Assembly (NCBI GenBank): GCA_965207995.1
Contig: OZ242299.1
Location: 592,064-656,063 of the forward strand
DNA: 64,000 bases
Direction: 5' to 3'
DNA from: Dehalococcoidia bacterium
Lineage (GTDB): Bacteria > Chloroflexota > Dehalococcoidia > SHYB01
Positions 35,931 to 45,606 of this stretch are shown piece after piece. Below the pieces are notes generated by a model, which saw nothing but the letters and a program-made list of their open reading frames with translations, was not told the origin of the DNA and did not search any database. Position 1 is the first letter of the stretch, and every line of letters starts with the position of its first letter. A program made the translations under genes and the position numbers.

Positions 35931-36941
35931 ATGCTCGAACGCATCGGGGTCAACCTCACCCTGCGGGAGGACCGCCCGGTCTCCGAGATCGTCGAGTTCG
36001 TCCAGCGGCTCGAAGGCGCGGGCTACGACTCGGTGTGGGTCGGGGAGTCGTGGGGCCGCGAGCTCTTCATCATGCTCACCGCGCTGGCGTGCAACACGTC
36101 GCGCATCCAGATCGCGGCCGGCATCGCCAACGTCTTCAGCCGCACCCCCGGGCTCGTGGCGCAGTGCGCCGCCACCCTCGACGACGTCTCGAACCAGCGG
36201 GCCATCCTCGGCCTGGGCACGAGCGGGGCCAAGGTCATCCGAGACTGGCACGGCGTCCCCTACGACCGTCCAATGCAGCGGACGCGGGAGTACATCGAGA
36301 TCGTCCGCCTGGCGCTCAGCGGGCAGCGGGTCAACTACGACGGCGATATCTACCAGCTGCGCGACTTCAGGATCGCCACCAAGCCCCCGCGCCCCGACAC
36401 CCCCATCTTCGTCGCCTCGCTGGGCCCCAAGAACGTCCGGCTCACCGGCGAGCTCGCCGACGGCTGGGCCCCGCTCTACGTCTCGCCCAACTACCTGCCC
36501 CAGTGGCGGACCTGGCTCGCGGAGGGCGCGCAACAGTCCGGCCGCGACCCAGGCAACATCGACCTGCGCCCCTACGTCGTCGCCTGCGTGGACGACGACA
36601 CCCAGGTGGCGCGCAAGCTCATCAAGGGCCACCTCGCCTTCTACATCGGCGGCATGGGCCGTTACTACCGCGACCTCATCGCGAAGTACGGCTACGTCGA
36701 GGAGACCGACCGCATCGCCGACCTCTGGTCGAAGTTCGAGCGGGAGGAGGCCGCCGGCGTCGTCACCGACGCCATGGTCGACGAGTTCTGCGCCGGGGGC
36801 ACCGCGGAGCAGGCCCGCCAAAAGCTCGCCGACCTCGCGGAGAAGGGCCTGGACTCGCCCGTCCTCTACGTCCCCAACCGCTCGCCGATGGAGACGATGC
36901 TGCGCACCGTCGACGAGCTGGCGCCGGCGAAGTTCCGCTAG
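35931..36941 (+). CDS. LLM-class (luciferase-like) F420/flavin-dependent oxidoreductase
   Basis: TIM-barrel LLM signature 'GYDSVWVGESWGRE...ILGLGTSG'. Confidence 0.85.
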   Translation: MLERIGVNLTLREDRPVSEIVEFVQRLEGAGYDSVWVGESWGRELFIMLTALACNTSRIQIAAGIANVFSRTPGLVAQCAATLDDVSNQRAILGLGTSGAKVIRDWHGVPYDRPMQRTREYIEIVRLALSGQRVNYDGDIYQLRDFRIATKPPRPDTPIFVASLGPKNVRLTGELADGWAPLYVSPNYLPQWRTWLAEGAQQSGRDPGNIDLRPYVVACVDDDTQVARKLIKGHLAFYIGGMGRYYRDLIAKYGYVEETDRIADLWSKFEREEAAGVVTDAMVDEFCAGGTAEQARQKLADLAEKGLDSPVLYVPNRSPMETMLRTVDELAPAKFR

Positions 36942-36950
36942 CCCGGCGCC

Positions 36951-38243
36951 TTGTACCTCCCGTCGTTCCGCCTGACACCACCGGAATCGATCCTGGGGCG
37001 GCGCGTCTTCTACGGATGGTGGATCGTCGCCGCCGCCTTCGGCCTGACCTCGATGATCTCGGGGTTCTACTTCCTCGGCTATTCCGCCTTCGTGAATCCC
37101 CTCTCCGAGACGTTCGACGTGGGCGTCGACCGCATCGGGCTCGTCTTCGGCATCTCAAGCTCCGTCGCCGCCGTTTTCGGCCTGGCGGCGGCGCGGCTGA
37201 GTCCCCGTCTGATGACCTTCGCCGGCGTGCTCATGATGGGCGGCGGCTTCCTGCTGGTGGGACGGGCCGAGTCGTTCCTGCTCTACGCCTTCATCCAGAC
37301 GGTACTCGTCGCCACCGGCGGCTTCATGGTGGTGATGTACGGCTCGGGGTCGATCATCAACAACTGGTTCGCCAGACGCCGAGGGCTCGCCTTCGCCATC
37401 GGCATGACCGGAGTCAGCTTCGGCGCCGTCCTGGTCAACCTGACGCAGTTCCTCATCGACAAGATCGGATGGCAAGACGCGACGCTGATCCTTGGCGGGA
37501 TCGTGCTCGCCGTGGGCCTCCCGCTGGCCGCGATCATGCGGGCGCGCCCCGAGGACGAAGGGCTGCTGCCCGACGGGGACCCGCCGCGCCCCGGCGTCAC
37601 CGCGCCCGCGGCGCGGGCCGCACCTACCTCGCCCGCCTATGCCGGTTTCACCCTGCGGGAGGCCCTGTCCACGCGGGTCTTCTGGGTGATGAGCGCCGCC
37701 TTCCTGGCGCGGAACTTCGTCACCACCGGCTTCGGCTTCTGCTTCATCCCCGCCATCGAAAACAAGGGCTTCACCGCCGCCGCCGGCGCATCGGTGCTGA
37801 TCGTCTTCGCCGTGATGACCGTGCCCAGCCGGCTGACCTCGGGCTACCTTGGCGACCTCTGGCGGCGCAACGTCGTCGCGGGCGTGATGATGGCGGGCAT
37901 CGCGGCGTCGATGCTGATCATGGTCTGGGCGGAGACGCTGGCCGTCATCATCATCTTCCTCTTCATCTACGGCTCCTTCTGGGGCGGGATCGGCGGCGCC
38001 ATGTCGATGGCCCTCCGCGGCGAGTTCTTCGGACGCCGGAACTTCGCCGCCATCGCCAGCGTCACCACGCTCGTCATCGGGCTCGGCGAGATCGCGGGCC
38101 CGACCGTCGCCGGACGCATCTTCGAGGAGACCGGCTCCTTCCAACTGGCCTTCGTCGCCTTCGCCATCGCCGCCCTCCTCTCCGCCATCGCCCTCCTCTC
38201 CCTCCGCCCCCCGCGGCGCCAACGAAATCGGCCAACAGACTAA
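36951..38243 (+). CDS. MFS transporter (paralog of 45607..46857)
   Basis: 12 predicted TM helices; the N-terminal 'RRVFYGWWIVAAAFG' parallels 'GRIFYGWWIAGAAAV' of the paralog. Start codon uncertain (TTG at 36951). Confidence 0.75.
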   Translation: MYLPSFRLTPPESILGRRVFYGWWIVAAAFGLTSMISGFYFLGYSAFVNPLSETFDVGVDRIGLVFGISSSVAAVFGLAAARLSPRLMTFAGVLMMGGGFLLVGRAESFLLYAFIQTVLVATGGFMVVMYGSGSIINNWFARRRGLAFAIGMTGVSFGAVLVNLTQFLIDKIGWQDATLILGGIVLAVGLPLAAIMRARPEDEGLLPDGDPPRPGVTAPAARAAPTSPAYAGFTLREALSTRVFWVMSAAFLARNFVTTGFGFCFIPAIENKGFTAAAGASVLIVFAVMTVPSRLTSGYLGDLWRRNVVAGVMMAGIAASMLIMVWAETLAVIIIFLFIYGSFWGGIGGAMSMALRGEFFGRRNFAAIASVTTLVIGLGEIAGPTVAGRIFEETGSFQLAFVAFAIAALLSAIALLSLRPPRRQRNRPTD

Positions 38244-38298
38244 CGCTGCTTGACGATACTTCTATGCTCTATTAATAGAATCAAGAGGTTGGGCTGCG

Positions 38299-38799
38299 AT
38301 GAACTTCCAGATCGGCGGCAAGCAATATGAGGTGGCGCGGGAGGACGTGCTGAACGCCACGCGCGGCCGGATGCCCGAGACCGCCGACGGGCGGCACAAG
38401 TACTTCGTCAAGCTCCACGGGCGCCACTACCCCATCAAGCAGGTCGTCCAACTGACCACCGGTCTGAAGCCGCTTGAATTCACCTCGCAATACGCGCTTG
38501 GAATCCTCACCGCGCTGGACTTCGACATCTCCGATCGTTCCTCTCTCGGTCCGGCGTCTCCCGGCGACTCCAATGGCGGACAAGCACTGCGGCTTCTCGT
38601 CGTATTCGAGACCGATGAGGACGGCTGGGAAGTAGCAAGCTGCCCGACCCTGCCGGGCTGTCACAGCCAGGGCCGGACGAGAAGCGAAGCGCTAGCGAAC
38701 ATCCAGGAGGCCATCAGAGGCTACCTCGCGAGCATGCGCGAGCATGGCCTGCCCACTCCTCCCTCTTCAGAATTTGAAGTCTTGGACATGACCGCGTAG
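38299..38799 (+). CDS. Protein with an N-terminal unknown domain fused to a C-terminal HicB-like (UPF0150) fold
   Basis: C-terminal 'LRLLVVFETDEDGWEVASCPTLPGCHSQGRTRSEALANIQEAIRGYL' matches the HicB-fold consensus. The N-terminal ~100 aa are unrecognised. There is no DNA-binding tail. Confidence 0.6.
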   Translation: MNFQIGGKQYEVAREDVLNATRGRMPETADGRHKYFVKLHGRHYPIKQVVQLTTGLKPLEFTSQYALGILTALDFDISDRSSLGPASPGDSNGGQALRLLVVFETDEDGWEVASCPTLPGCHSQGRTRSEALANIQEAIRGYLASMREHGLPTPPSSEFEVLDMTA

Positions 38800-39020
38800 T
38801 GGCCCGCTTGCCTGTGCTATCGGGCGACGAGTTCGTCCGGACAGTCGCCAAGATCGGATTCGCCCTCGACCGCACCGAGGGCAGCCACATGATCTTGCTA
38901 GGGCGGACGGGAAGGAGGCTCTCCGTCCCACGGCACAAGGAGCTAGGCCGCGGCTTGCTGCGGGCGCTGATCCGAGACGCCGGCCTGACGCGGGAAGAGT
39001 TCCTCGACCTGCTCCGTTAG
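38799..39020 (+). CDS. hicA: HicA-family toxin (GTG start overlapping the upstream stop)
   Basis: 73 aa 'EFVRTVAKIGFALDRTEGSHMILLGRTGRRLSVPRHKELGRGLLRALIRDAGLTREEF' matches the YcfA/HicA signature. Confidence 0.65.
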   Translation: MARLPVLSGDEFVRTVAKIGFALDRTEGSHMILLGRTGRRLSVPRHKELGRGLLRALIRDAGLTREEFLDLLR

Positions 39021-39091
39021 ACCCTCCTCTCCCTCCGCCCCCCGCGGCGGCGTTGACCCCGCCCCGCACCGGCCGCTAGGGTGGCCGCGTT

Positions 39092-40198
39092 ATGCGCGTC
39101 GAGCGGCTCGCCGTCACCACCATCGACCTGCCCATCGACCTCGACCTGGGCGCGAGGTACGGCACGCTGTCCACCCTGCGCTACGTCGTCGTCGGCCTGA
39201 CCGGCACGGGCGGCGAGCGCGGCGTCGGCTTCACCTTCGCCATGCGGCCCGGCGGCGGCGACGCCGTCGCCCGCACCGTCGCGGCGGTCGAGGGCGCCGT
39301 CGTGGGGCTCGACCCCGCCGACACCGACGCGAACTGGGACGCCCTGCGCGCCGAGGTCGAGCGCGTTACGTCGGCGGAAGGAGGCGCGCCGGACGATTCC
39401 GAGGGGACCGCGGCAGCGTCCATGTCGGCGCTCGACGTCGCTCTCTGGGACCTGCTCGGCAAGGCCGAGGGCGCGCCCGTGCACCGCCTCCTCGGCGCGC
39501 AGCGGGAGACCGTCCCCACCTACGCCAGCTACGACATGTGGGAGTCCGTCCCCGACCGCGACGCCGCCCGCGCCGCCAAGGCGTTCGTCGACGGGGGCTT
39601 CGACGCCGTCAAGGTCCGCACCGGCGGCTCCAGAGACCCCGACGCGGAGGCCCGCCGCGTCGCCATCGTGCGCGAGGCCATCGGCCCCGACGTGCAGCTC
39701 ATGTACGACGCCCTGCAGTACTACACCGAGGACGAGGCCGTCGCCATCGCCCGCGCCCTCGAGCTCTACGACCTGACCTGGGTCGAAGACCTGCTGCCGG
39801 AGCGGAACGTCGAGGGCTACGCCCGCGTCCGCGACGCCGTCGGCGTGCCCATCACCACCGGCGAGAGCACGCGCTTCCCCGAGGGGCTGCGGCGGCTCGT
39901 CGAGGCCGGCGCCGTCGACATCCTCATGATCGACGGCAAGGAGGCGGGCGGCATCACGCCGTGGATGCGAGTGGCGCGGGAGGCGGGCGGCCTGCCCATC
40001 GTCAGCCACATCATGCCCGAGATCAGCGCCCCGGTCATCGCCGCGCTCCCCAACGGGATGATTCTCGAATGGTTCCCGTGGAGCTTCGGCCTTTTCGAGA
40101 CGCCCCCGGCCGCCGAGCGCGGCCGCTACCGCCTCCCCGCCGAGCCGGGCTTCGGCCTGCGCTACCGCCCCGACCTCCTCGCCCGCCTGTTCGGCTAG
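39092..40198 (+). CDS. Mandelate racemase/muconate lactonizing enzyme (enolase superfamily) protein
   Basis: Capping plus barrel domains with metal ligands in the expected spacing ('KVRTG', 'LMYDALQ', 'EDLLP'). Confidence 0.8.
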   Translation: MRVERLAVTTIDLPIDLDLGARYGTLSTLRYVVVGLTGTGGERGVGFTFAMRPGGGDAVARTVAAVEGAVVGLDPADTDANWDALRAEVERVTSAEGGAPDDSEGTAAASMSALDVALWDLLGKAEGAPVHRLLGAQRETVPTYASYDMWESVPDRDAARAAKAFVDGGFDAVKVRTGGSRDPDAEARRVAIVREAIGPDVQLMYDALQYYTEDEAVAIARALELYDLTWVEDLLPERNVEGYARVRDAVGVPITTGESTRFPEGLRRLVEAGAVDILMIDGKEAGGITPWMRVAREAGGLPIVSHIMPEISAPVIAALPNGMILEWFPWSFGLFETPPAAERGRYRLPAEPGFGLRYRPDLLARLFG

Positions 40199-40208
40199 CG
40201 CCGAGGGC

Positions 40209-41240
40209 CTAGTAGCCCTTCTCCTTGTCCACCACGTGGCGCATGGGCTCGCCGTCGATGTAGCGGCGGAGGTTGGCGGCGAACTCCTTGGCTACCTGGT
40301 AGCCGTAGTCGGTGACCGAGGCCGACGCGTGGGGCGTGATGATCACGTTGTCGAGGTCCCAGAGCGGGCTGTCCTTGTCCAGCGGCTCGTTCTCCACGAC
40401 GTCGAGCGCCGCGCCGGCGATCTCGCCGCTCTTCAGCGCCTCCGCCATCTCCGCCTCGACGACCTGCACCCCCCGCGCGATGTTGATGAAGACGGCGGTC
40501 TCCTTCATCGCCCGGAACTCCGCCGCCCCGATGATGTCGATCGTCTCCGGTATCGACGGCAGGGCGAGGACGACGTAGTCCGACTCCCCGAGCATCTCGT
40601 GGAGCCCGTCGGGGCCGTAGAGCTGGTCGACGTAGGGCGGCGGGTCGCCCGCCGAGCGTTTGTTGGCCAGGACGCGCATGTCCAGGCCCTTGCACAGCTT
40701 GGCCACCTCGCTGCCGATGCGCCCCAGGCCGATCACGCCCACCGTCCGGCCCGCGACCATCATGCTGCGGCTCCGCTGCCAAAGGTGGCTCTGCTGGTTG
40801 ATGACGTAGCCGCGGATCCCCTTCGAGAAGACGATGATCATGCCCAGCACGTACTCGGCGATGGCGTGGGAGTTGAAGCCGCCCATGTTGGTGAGAATGA
40901 TGGGGTTCTCCCACACGCCGGAGCCGCGGTCCTCGAAGTACTGCTCGATGCCCGCGCCGATGTTCTGCACCCAGCGGAGCTTGGGCGCCCGCGCGACCGC
41001 GTTGTGGGGCAGGACCAAGGCCACGATGACCTCGGCCTCGGCCATCGCTTCGAGCATGCCGTCGGGCAGCTCCTCGTTTTCCGGCGGGCCGGCGAGCCCG
41101 GCGTGCCGCGCCTGCCGCCGCTCCACCGACTCGTAGTACGGGACGCGCGTAACATCCGCCTCGGGGCAGACCTCGCGGATCACCTCCACGGCATCCTCCC
41201 CAAGCATCGGCGCGACAACCAGCACATTAACCCGGCGCAT
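40209..41240 (-). CDS. D-isomer-specific 2-hydroxyacid dehydrogenase (NAD-binding)
   Basis: 'GRTVGVIGLGRIGSEVAKL' NAD-binding motif and the catalytic R/E/H arrangement. Confidence 0.85.
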   Translation of the reverse strand: MRRVNVLVVAPMLGEDAVEVIREVCPEADVTRVPYYESVERRQARHAGLAGPPENEELPDGMLEAMAEAEVIVALVLPHNAVARAPKLRWVQNIGAGIEQYFEDRGSGVWENPIILTNMGGFNSHAIAEYVLGMIIVFSKGIRGYVINQQSHLWQRSRSMMVAGRTVGVIGLGRIGSEVAKLCKGLDMRVLANKRSAGDPPPYVDQLYGPDGLHEMLGESDYVVLALPSIPETIDIIGAAEFRAMKETAVFINIARGVQVVEAEMAEALKSGEIAGAALDVVENEPLDKDSPLWDLDNVIITPHASASVTDYGYQVAKEFAANLRRYIDGEPMRHVVDKEKGY

Positions 41241-41448
41241 GACCCCTCCTCCACCGGACTATCGCGGCTAGGGTAGCCACGCCCGCCGCCCCCGTCCACC
41301 GCCGCGCCCCGCCGGGGACCCGTGCAGCGTTGCCACCTTCGGGCGGCAAGCTCGCGGCGGGGCAGCCAGTGGATGATTGCCACTGACATCGCTATATTGC
41401 CTATGTGCGATGCACTCGCTAGGGTTCGACCGAACATATGGAGGCTCT

Positions 41449-42816
41449 ATGCCGCGCAGCGACCTTCCATTCGGTAGTGAATTCTCCCCCGCCCAGGTCG
41501 AACTTCCCGCGCTCCTAGAACTGGCCTCGGAGCACGGGCCGGACTGGAAGTCCTTCGAGGCATCTGTGCGGGACCGGTACTTGGCCGGCCACAAGACTTC
41601 CAACTACAACAGAAATAAGCTCGCCAACAACACCAAGCTCTCCCTCCGCGCCTATGGCCTCATCGGCGAGGATGACACTACGCTAACTGAAGTAGGCCAG
41701 GCTTTGCACGGTCTGCGACACGACGAGGCTGCCCTCTATAGAGCGTTTGCTCAACACATTCTGAAGAACCGCCAAGGCATGAACTTCGTGCAGTGCATCC
41801 TCGACATGCAGGCCGCCGGGGAGAACATCAACCTCAATGCGCTGCGCCGCGGACTCGAAGAACGGAACCTTGCCGTTCCGCGTGGCGGCAAGCATATGAG
41901 TACGCTCCGCCTGTGGCTCGAAAAGGCTGGCGTCTTCGTCTCCGGGTATCGCGTCGACCAATCGCGGCTCAACGAGATCCTGGGGGTAAAGATCGAGGAG
42001 TTCGAGGCGATCGCAACCTTCACTGCTGAGCAGCGCGCCTACCTCAAAACGCTCGCCAACATGGGTGGCGGGGGACCGCACGCCTCGAACGATATCGAGC
42101 GCCTCGCCACCGCCACCTATGGCATCGCCTTCAACGAAAAGGGCCTTCCGAAGCAGGTCCTCTATCCGCTCCGGGACGCGGGCTATATCGATCTGGAACG
42201 CGGTACGAAGCAGGCCGGGCGCGGCGCAAAGCCCTTTCTCGTCACCGCCACAGACAAGTTGGCGGCGGACGTCATCACTCCACTGATCGATCAAATCGAG
42301 CAGCAGTCCCACGCCGACCTCCGTCCCTTGCTCCGGAAGCCGCTCCATGAGATCCGCGCGGAGCTACGCTCTAGAGACCGCCATATCCGGGGCCTTGCGC
42401 TCGAGGCGCTCGCCTTCAAGTTGATGCGCCTGATCGACTTGGACTACGTAGCCACCCGCCTCCGCGGAAGCGCCACCGGCGGAGTCGAGGTCGACCTGAT
42501 CTTCGAAAGCGACCGGCTTGCGTTCCCCCGCTGGCAGATCCAGTGCAAGAACACGCCCAGCGTTTCGGTCGACGATGTAGCGAAGGAAGTCGGCCTCACC
42601 CATTTCCTGGAGAGCAACGCCATCGTCGTGGTCTCGACCGGGGCGGTTGGAAGCGACGCCCGTCGGTTCGCCGATACAATTGCTACCGAATCCGGCTTGC
42701 GTCTCGTCATGATGGACGGCGCTGATCTTGAACGTATTGAGACAAATCCCGCGTACATCGCCGAGGTTTTCGATCGAGAGTCCCACCGCGCTTTGCTTTG
42801 CAGACCCTTGAATTGA
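41449..42816 (+). CDS. Mrr-like restriction endonuclease catalytic-domain protein with a large N-terminal uncharacterised domain
   Basis: C-terminal 'GLALEALAFKLMRLIDLDYV...GGVEVDLIFES...WQIQCKN' resembles the Mrr_cat D-(D/E)xK core. GGAGG RBS before the ATG at 41449 (track start 41377). Low-GC island. Confidence 0.6.
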   Translation: MPRSDLPFGSEFSPAQVELPALLELASEHGPDWKSFEASVRDRYLAGHKTSNYNRNKLANNTKLSLRAYGLIGEDDTTLTEVGQALHGLRHDEAALYRAFAQHILKNRQGMNFVQCILDMQAAGENINLNALRRGLEERNLAVPRGGKHMSTLRLWLEKAGVFVSGYRVDQSRLNEILGVKIEEFEAIATFTAEQRAYLKTLANMGGGGPHASNDIERLATATYGIAFNEKGLPKQVLYPLRDAGYIDLERGTKQAGRGAKPFLVTATDKLAADVITPLIDQIEQQSHADLRPLLRKPLHEIRAELRSRDRHIRGLALEALAFKLMRLIDLDYVATRLRGSATGGVEVDLIFESDRLAFPRWQIQCKNTPSVSVDDVAKEVGLTHFLESNAIVVVSTGAVGSDARRFADTIATESGLRLVMMDGADLERIETNPAYIAEVFDRESHRALLCRPLN

Positions 42817-42828
42817 TGAGCAACCGCG

Positions 42829-43680
42829 ATGCAGTCCGTTCTATCGCCCTGGGCTGAAACATTTGACGCCTTCGCGCGGTCAGTCCATCGCAGCGCCATC
42901 ATCGTTGCTCCGTTTATCACTGAGCAGCCTCTCCAGCGATTCGCCTCATTGCTCCATGGAGCAAACCGTCCTCAAGTCAACTTGCTTACCAACTTGGCGA
43001 CGGACAGTTTGCTCCAAGGCTCTCTTGACGCCACCGCGATAGCCGAGTTTTGCAGAGCATTCCCCACAACAACCGTCCGGCACCTTCCCGGATTGCATGC
43101 CAAGGTGTACGTGGCCGATGATCACACCGCAATAATCACTTCCGGGAACCTTACGAATAGCTCGCTCTACCACAATTACGAATACGGAATCCAGGTCCGA
43201 GACCCCAGCGCGGTTCTCGCAATCGCCAGAGACGTAACGGAATATGGAGGCCTGGGAGCGCAAGTCTCCCTTGCTGAATTAGACCACCTTGCGGGGCTTT
43301 CCGAAGTCCTGAGGAATAGGTATGCCAATACGCTGAAGTCCGCTCGGACAAGGTTCCGGAAGGAATTCGAAGAACAGCTAGAGACCACCACCGAAGCGCT
43401 GCGGCAACTGAGAGGGAAACCAGGAGAAAGCACAAACTCGATTTTCAGCAGGACGATCTTGTACCTGTTAAGGAAAGGGCCTCTGACGACAGAAGAGCTC
43501 CATCCCTTGATAAGCAACATCCACCCCGATCTTTGCGACGACCGCGTGGAGAGAGTCATCAACGGGGTACGCTTCGGTCGCGAATGGAAGCATCGAGTGA
43601 GGAGCGCCCAAGGCAGATTGAAGCGCAATGGACTTATCGAGCTTACTGGTTCGGAATGGCGGCTGGTCTCAAGAGAATGA
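42829..43680 (+). CDS. PLD-family (HxK..D) nuclease-like protein
   Basis: 'HAKVYVADDHTAIITSGNLTNSS' fits the HxK(x)4D(x)6 G(S/T)xN phospholipase-D/Nuc motif. A single HKD copy. The C-terminal half is unrecognised. Confidence 0.6.
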   Translation: MQSVLSPWAETFDAFARSVHRSAIIVAPFITEQPLQRFASLLHGANRPQVNLLTNLATDSLLQGSLDATAIAEFCRAFPTTTVRHLPGLHAKVYVADDHTAIITSGNLTNSSLYHNYEYGIQVRDPSAVLAIARDVTEYGGLGAQVSLAELDHLAGLSEVLRNRYANTLKSARTRFRKEFEEQLETTTEALRQLRGKPGESTNSIFSRTILYLLRKGPLTTEELHPLISNIHPDLCDDRVERVINGVRFGREWKHRVRSAQGRLKRNGLIELTGSEWRLVSRE

Positions 43681-43810
43681 CCTCGTCGTAGACCCCTTCG
43701 CCGGAAGTTGTACCACCGGCGAGGTCTGCGAGCGAGTCAAACGCCGTTGGGCCTGCATCGAGCTTGTGCGTGACTATTGCGAGGCCGCGCTTGGGCGCTT
43801 CGCCCGGGAT
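43676..43810 (+). pseudogene. Remnant C-terminal fragment of an N4/N6 DNA methyltransferase (PF01555-like)
   Basis: 'DLVVDPFAGSCTTGEVCERVKRRWACIELVRDYCEAALGRF' matches the conserved C-terminal 'lvlDPFaGSGTTg...GiEi...y...a..R' block. The rest of the enzyme, including the DPPY motif, is absent. Confidence 0.55.
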
Positions 43811-44123
43811 CCAAAAGAGACAGGCAAGCCTGCCACGAGCCCGGAAGCTCCCTACAACTACTACCGCGCCCCCCGGCCGGGCATCTTGTGGAATGGGAAC
43901 ATCGACGACCCACTGCCCGAGGACGGCGGCAAGCAGCGCCCTCTTCCGCCACCCTCACTAGTGTCCAAGTCGTCCAGCGGCTCCGTCCCTCCGAGGGCTT
44001 CGGAGAAGCCATCTAGGCCGTAGCGACACCGGCCCCTTCCGCGTCCGCGCTCGGCTCCCTACCATGTTGCCATGCGTCCCCCCCGCCGCCCTCTGGGGAC
44101 GCGTGTTACGGTAGATCAAGGCA

Positions 44124-44957
44124 ATGTCGCTACACAATCACATTACTCCCCAGGAATACCTTAAGCACTTCGCTCCCTCTCAATATCCAGAACAGATCTG
44201 GAGATATGATAAACAGGGAGACGCCCCAAAGTTGCTCCCGATTAAAGTGGCGGGGCAGAGGAAGGGTTTTCACCCTTCGAAGGAGGAGAGGCGGCTGTTT
44301 GGGATTGAAAGGTCCGCTTTAGCTGCTCTCAATCAGCTACGTGACCATTCGAAAATAGATGAGGTTGGTCGAGTTGCCATAGGGAATTACTTAGCCACAA
44401 TGATGGCCAGGACCGAGCGGACGAGATTCAAGATGGCTGACTATCTCTCTGAAGACATCTCCAGTATAAGGAATCACCCTGAATCATGGGCGATGAAGTG
44501 GAACGTGCCAATGAAGCCAATGCTCAAGATTTTGGGAGATATTGAGGAAAACTTGCAGGGTAATCCACTCCGGACGAAGGAGACCATCCTGAATCAAGCC
44601 CTGTACCTTCCAGAGGTGCTAGACCACCTTGTAGACATGAATTGGCAGGTCTTTACGGTAACCTCGTCTGAGCGGTTCCTAACCAGTGACAATCCGGTTT
44701 TCATAGGTACCAACGGATTGAAGCCCCCGCATGGAGAGTTTCTTTTCCCTCTTGCATCTGAGAGTGTACTGGTAGGAAGTTGGCAGAACCCCAAGCGGAG
44801 TCTCACTTACCGGTCTGCCTCCTTGCAATTCATCAAGGAAATCAACCGATATACGGCTTCAGGAGCGGATCGTTGGCTGTATTTCCACCAGCGTGCGGGT
44901 TGGGTGACCAAAGTTATTCAGAACCCGTCAACCCGAGTCGGTCGAGAACCCATATAG
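44124..44957 (+). CDS. DUF4238 domain protein
   Basis: N-terminal 'HITPQEYLKHF' and central 'LTSDNPV' motifs typical of DUF4238; low-GC island. Confidence 0.65.
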   Translation: MSLHNHITPQEYLKHFAPSQYPEQIWRYDKQGDAPKLLPIKVAGQRKGFHPSKEERRLFGIERSALAALNQLRDHSKIDEVGRVAIGNYLATMMARTERTRFKMADYLSEDISSIRNHPESWAMKWNVPMKPMLKILGDIEENLQGNPLRTKETILNQALYLPEVLDHLVDMNWQVFTVTSSERFLTSDNPVFIGTNGLKPPHGEFLFPLASESVLVGSWQNPKRSLTYRSASLQFIKEINRYTASGADRWLYFHQRAGWVTKVIQNPSTRVGREPI

Positions 44958-45290
44958 CCATTCTTAGAAACCGACGAAGCCGCCAAACTCGTCGCCCACG
45001 GCGTCCTCCCCTGTAGAGGCGCGTCGCGACGCGCCCGTTCCCCCACCGGTGCCAACCCCACCGTTCGCCTCTCCACGGTCAATTCGCGAATCGCCTCGCC
45101 CCCTCCACCCTCCCCCGGCGCGCGCTCACCGCGCGGGACCGTGAGAAATCGTCGTCGAAACGTCGCGCAACGGCGGCCGAAAGGCCGGTGACGGTAGCGC
45201 AGCCGCTGACGAATGGTGACCCAATCGCCGCCAACGACGGCCCGGCCGGCATCGCGCAACAGAGTAGCCGGTGGCGCACCGGCCCCAAAA

Positions 45291-45394
45291 AACGCTCACG
45301 GCGCTCACGAACGTTCACCAACGTTCACGACTTAACAGAAGTGGCCGCGCCGATAACGCTCACGAGCGCTCACCAACGTTCACGAACGCTCACG
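45291..45394 (+). repeat. Two clusters of four tandem 10-bp direct repeats, consensus AACG(C/T)TCAC(G/C)
   Basis: aacgctcacg gcgctcacga acgttcacca acgttcacga ... aacgctcacg agcgctcacc aacgttcacg aacgctcacg. About 210 bp upstream of the MFS gene at 45607. Confidence 0.7.
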
Positions 45395-45606
45395 ACATGC
45401 ACGGTACGTCGGCGGGAAGACCGGGCGGACCGCGGCACGCAACCCCCGGCGTCCCGCGCCGCCACAGACCCCGTGGTACCATCGGCGCGCCCGCGCGTCG
45501 GCGCGGGCCAGGGAGACGGCGCGTGACGGTCACGCTGGACTGGCGGCTGGTCGAGATGGGGTGCCTGGAAGCCTGCCCCGTCTTCGGCTAGGGGCCGGCG
45601 GCGGAC

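Noticed and set aside
35004-38275. Long antisense or shifted ORFs (35004..36821, 35665..36975, 36035..38275, 37155..38222)
   Set aside because: They overlap recognisable SDR, LLM and MFS genes; low-complexity products.
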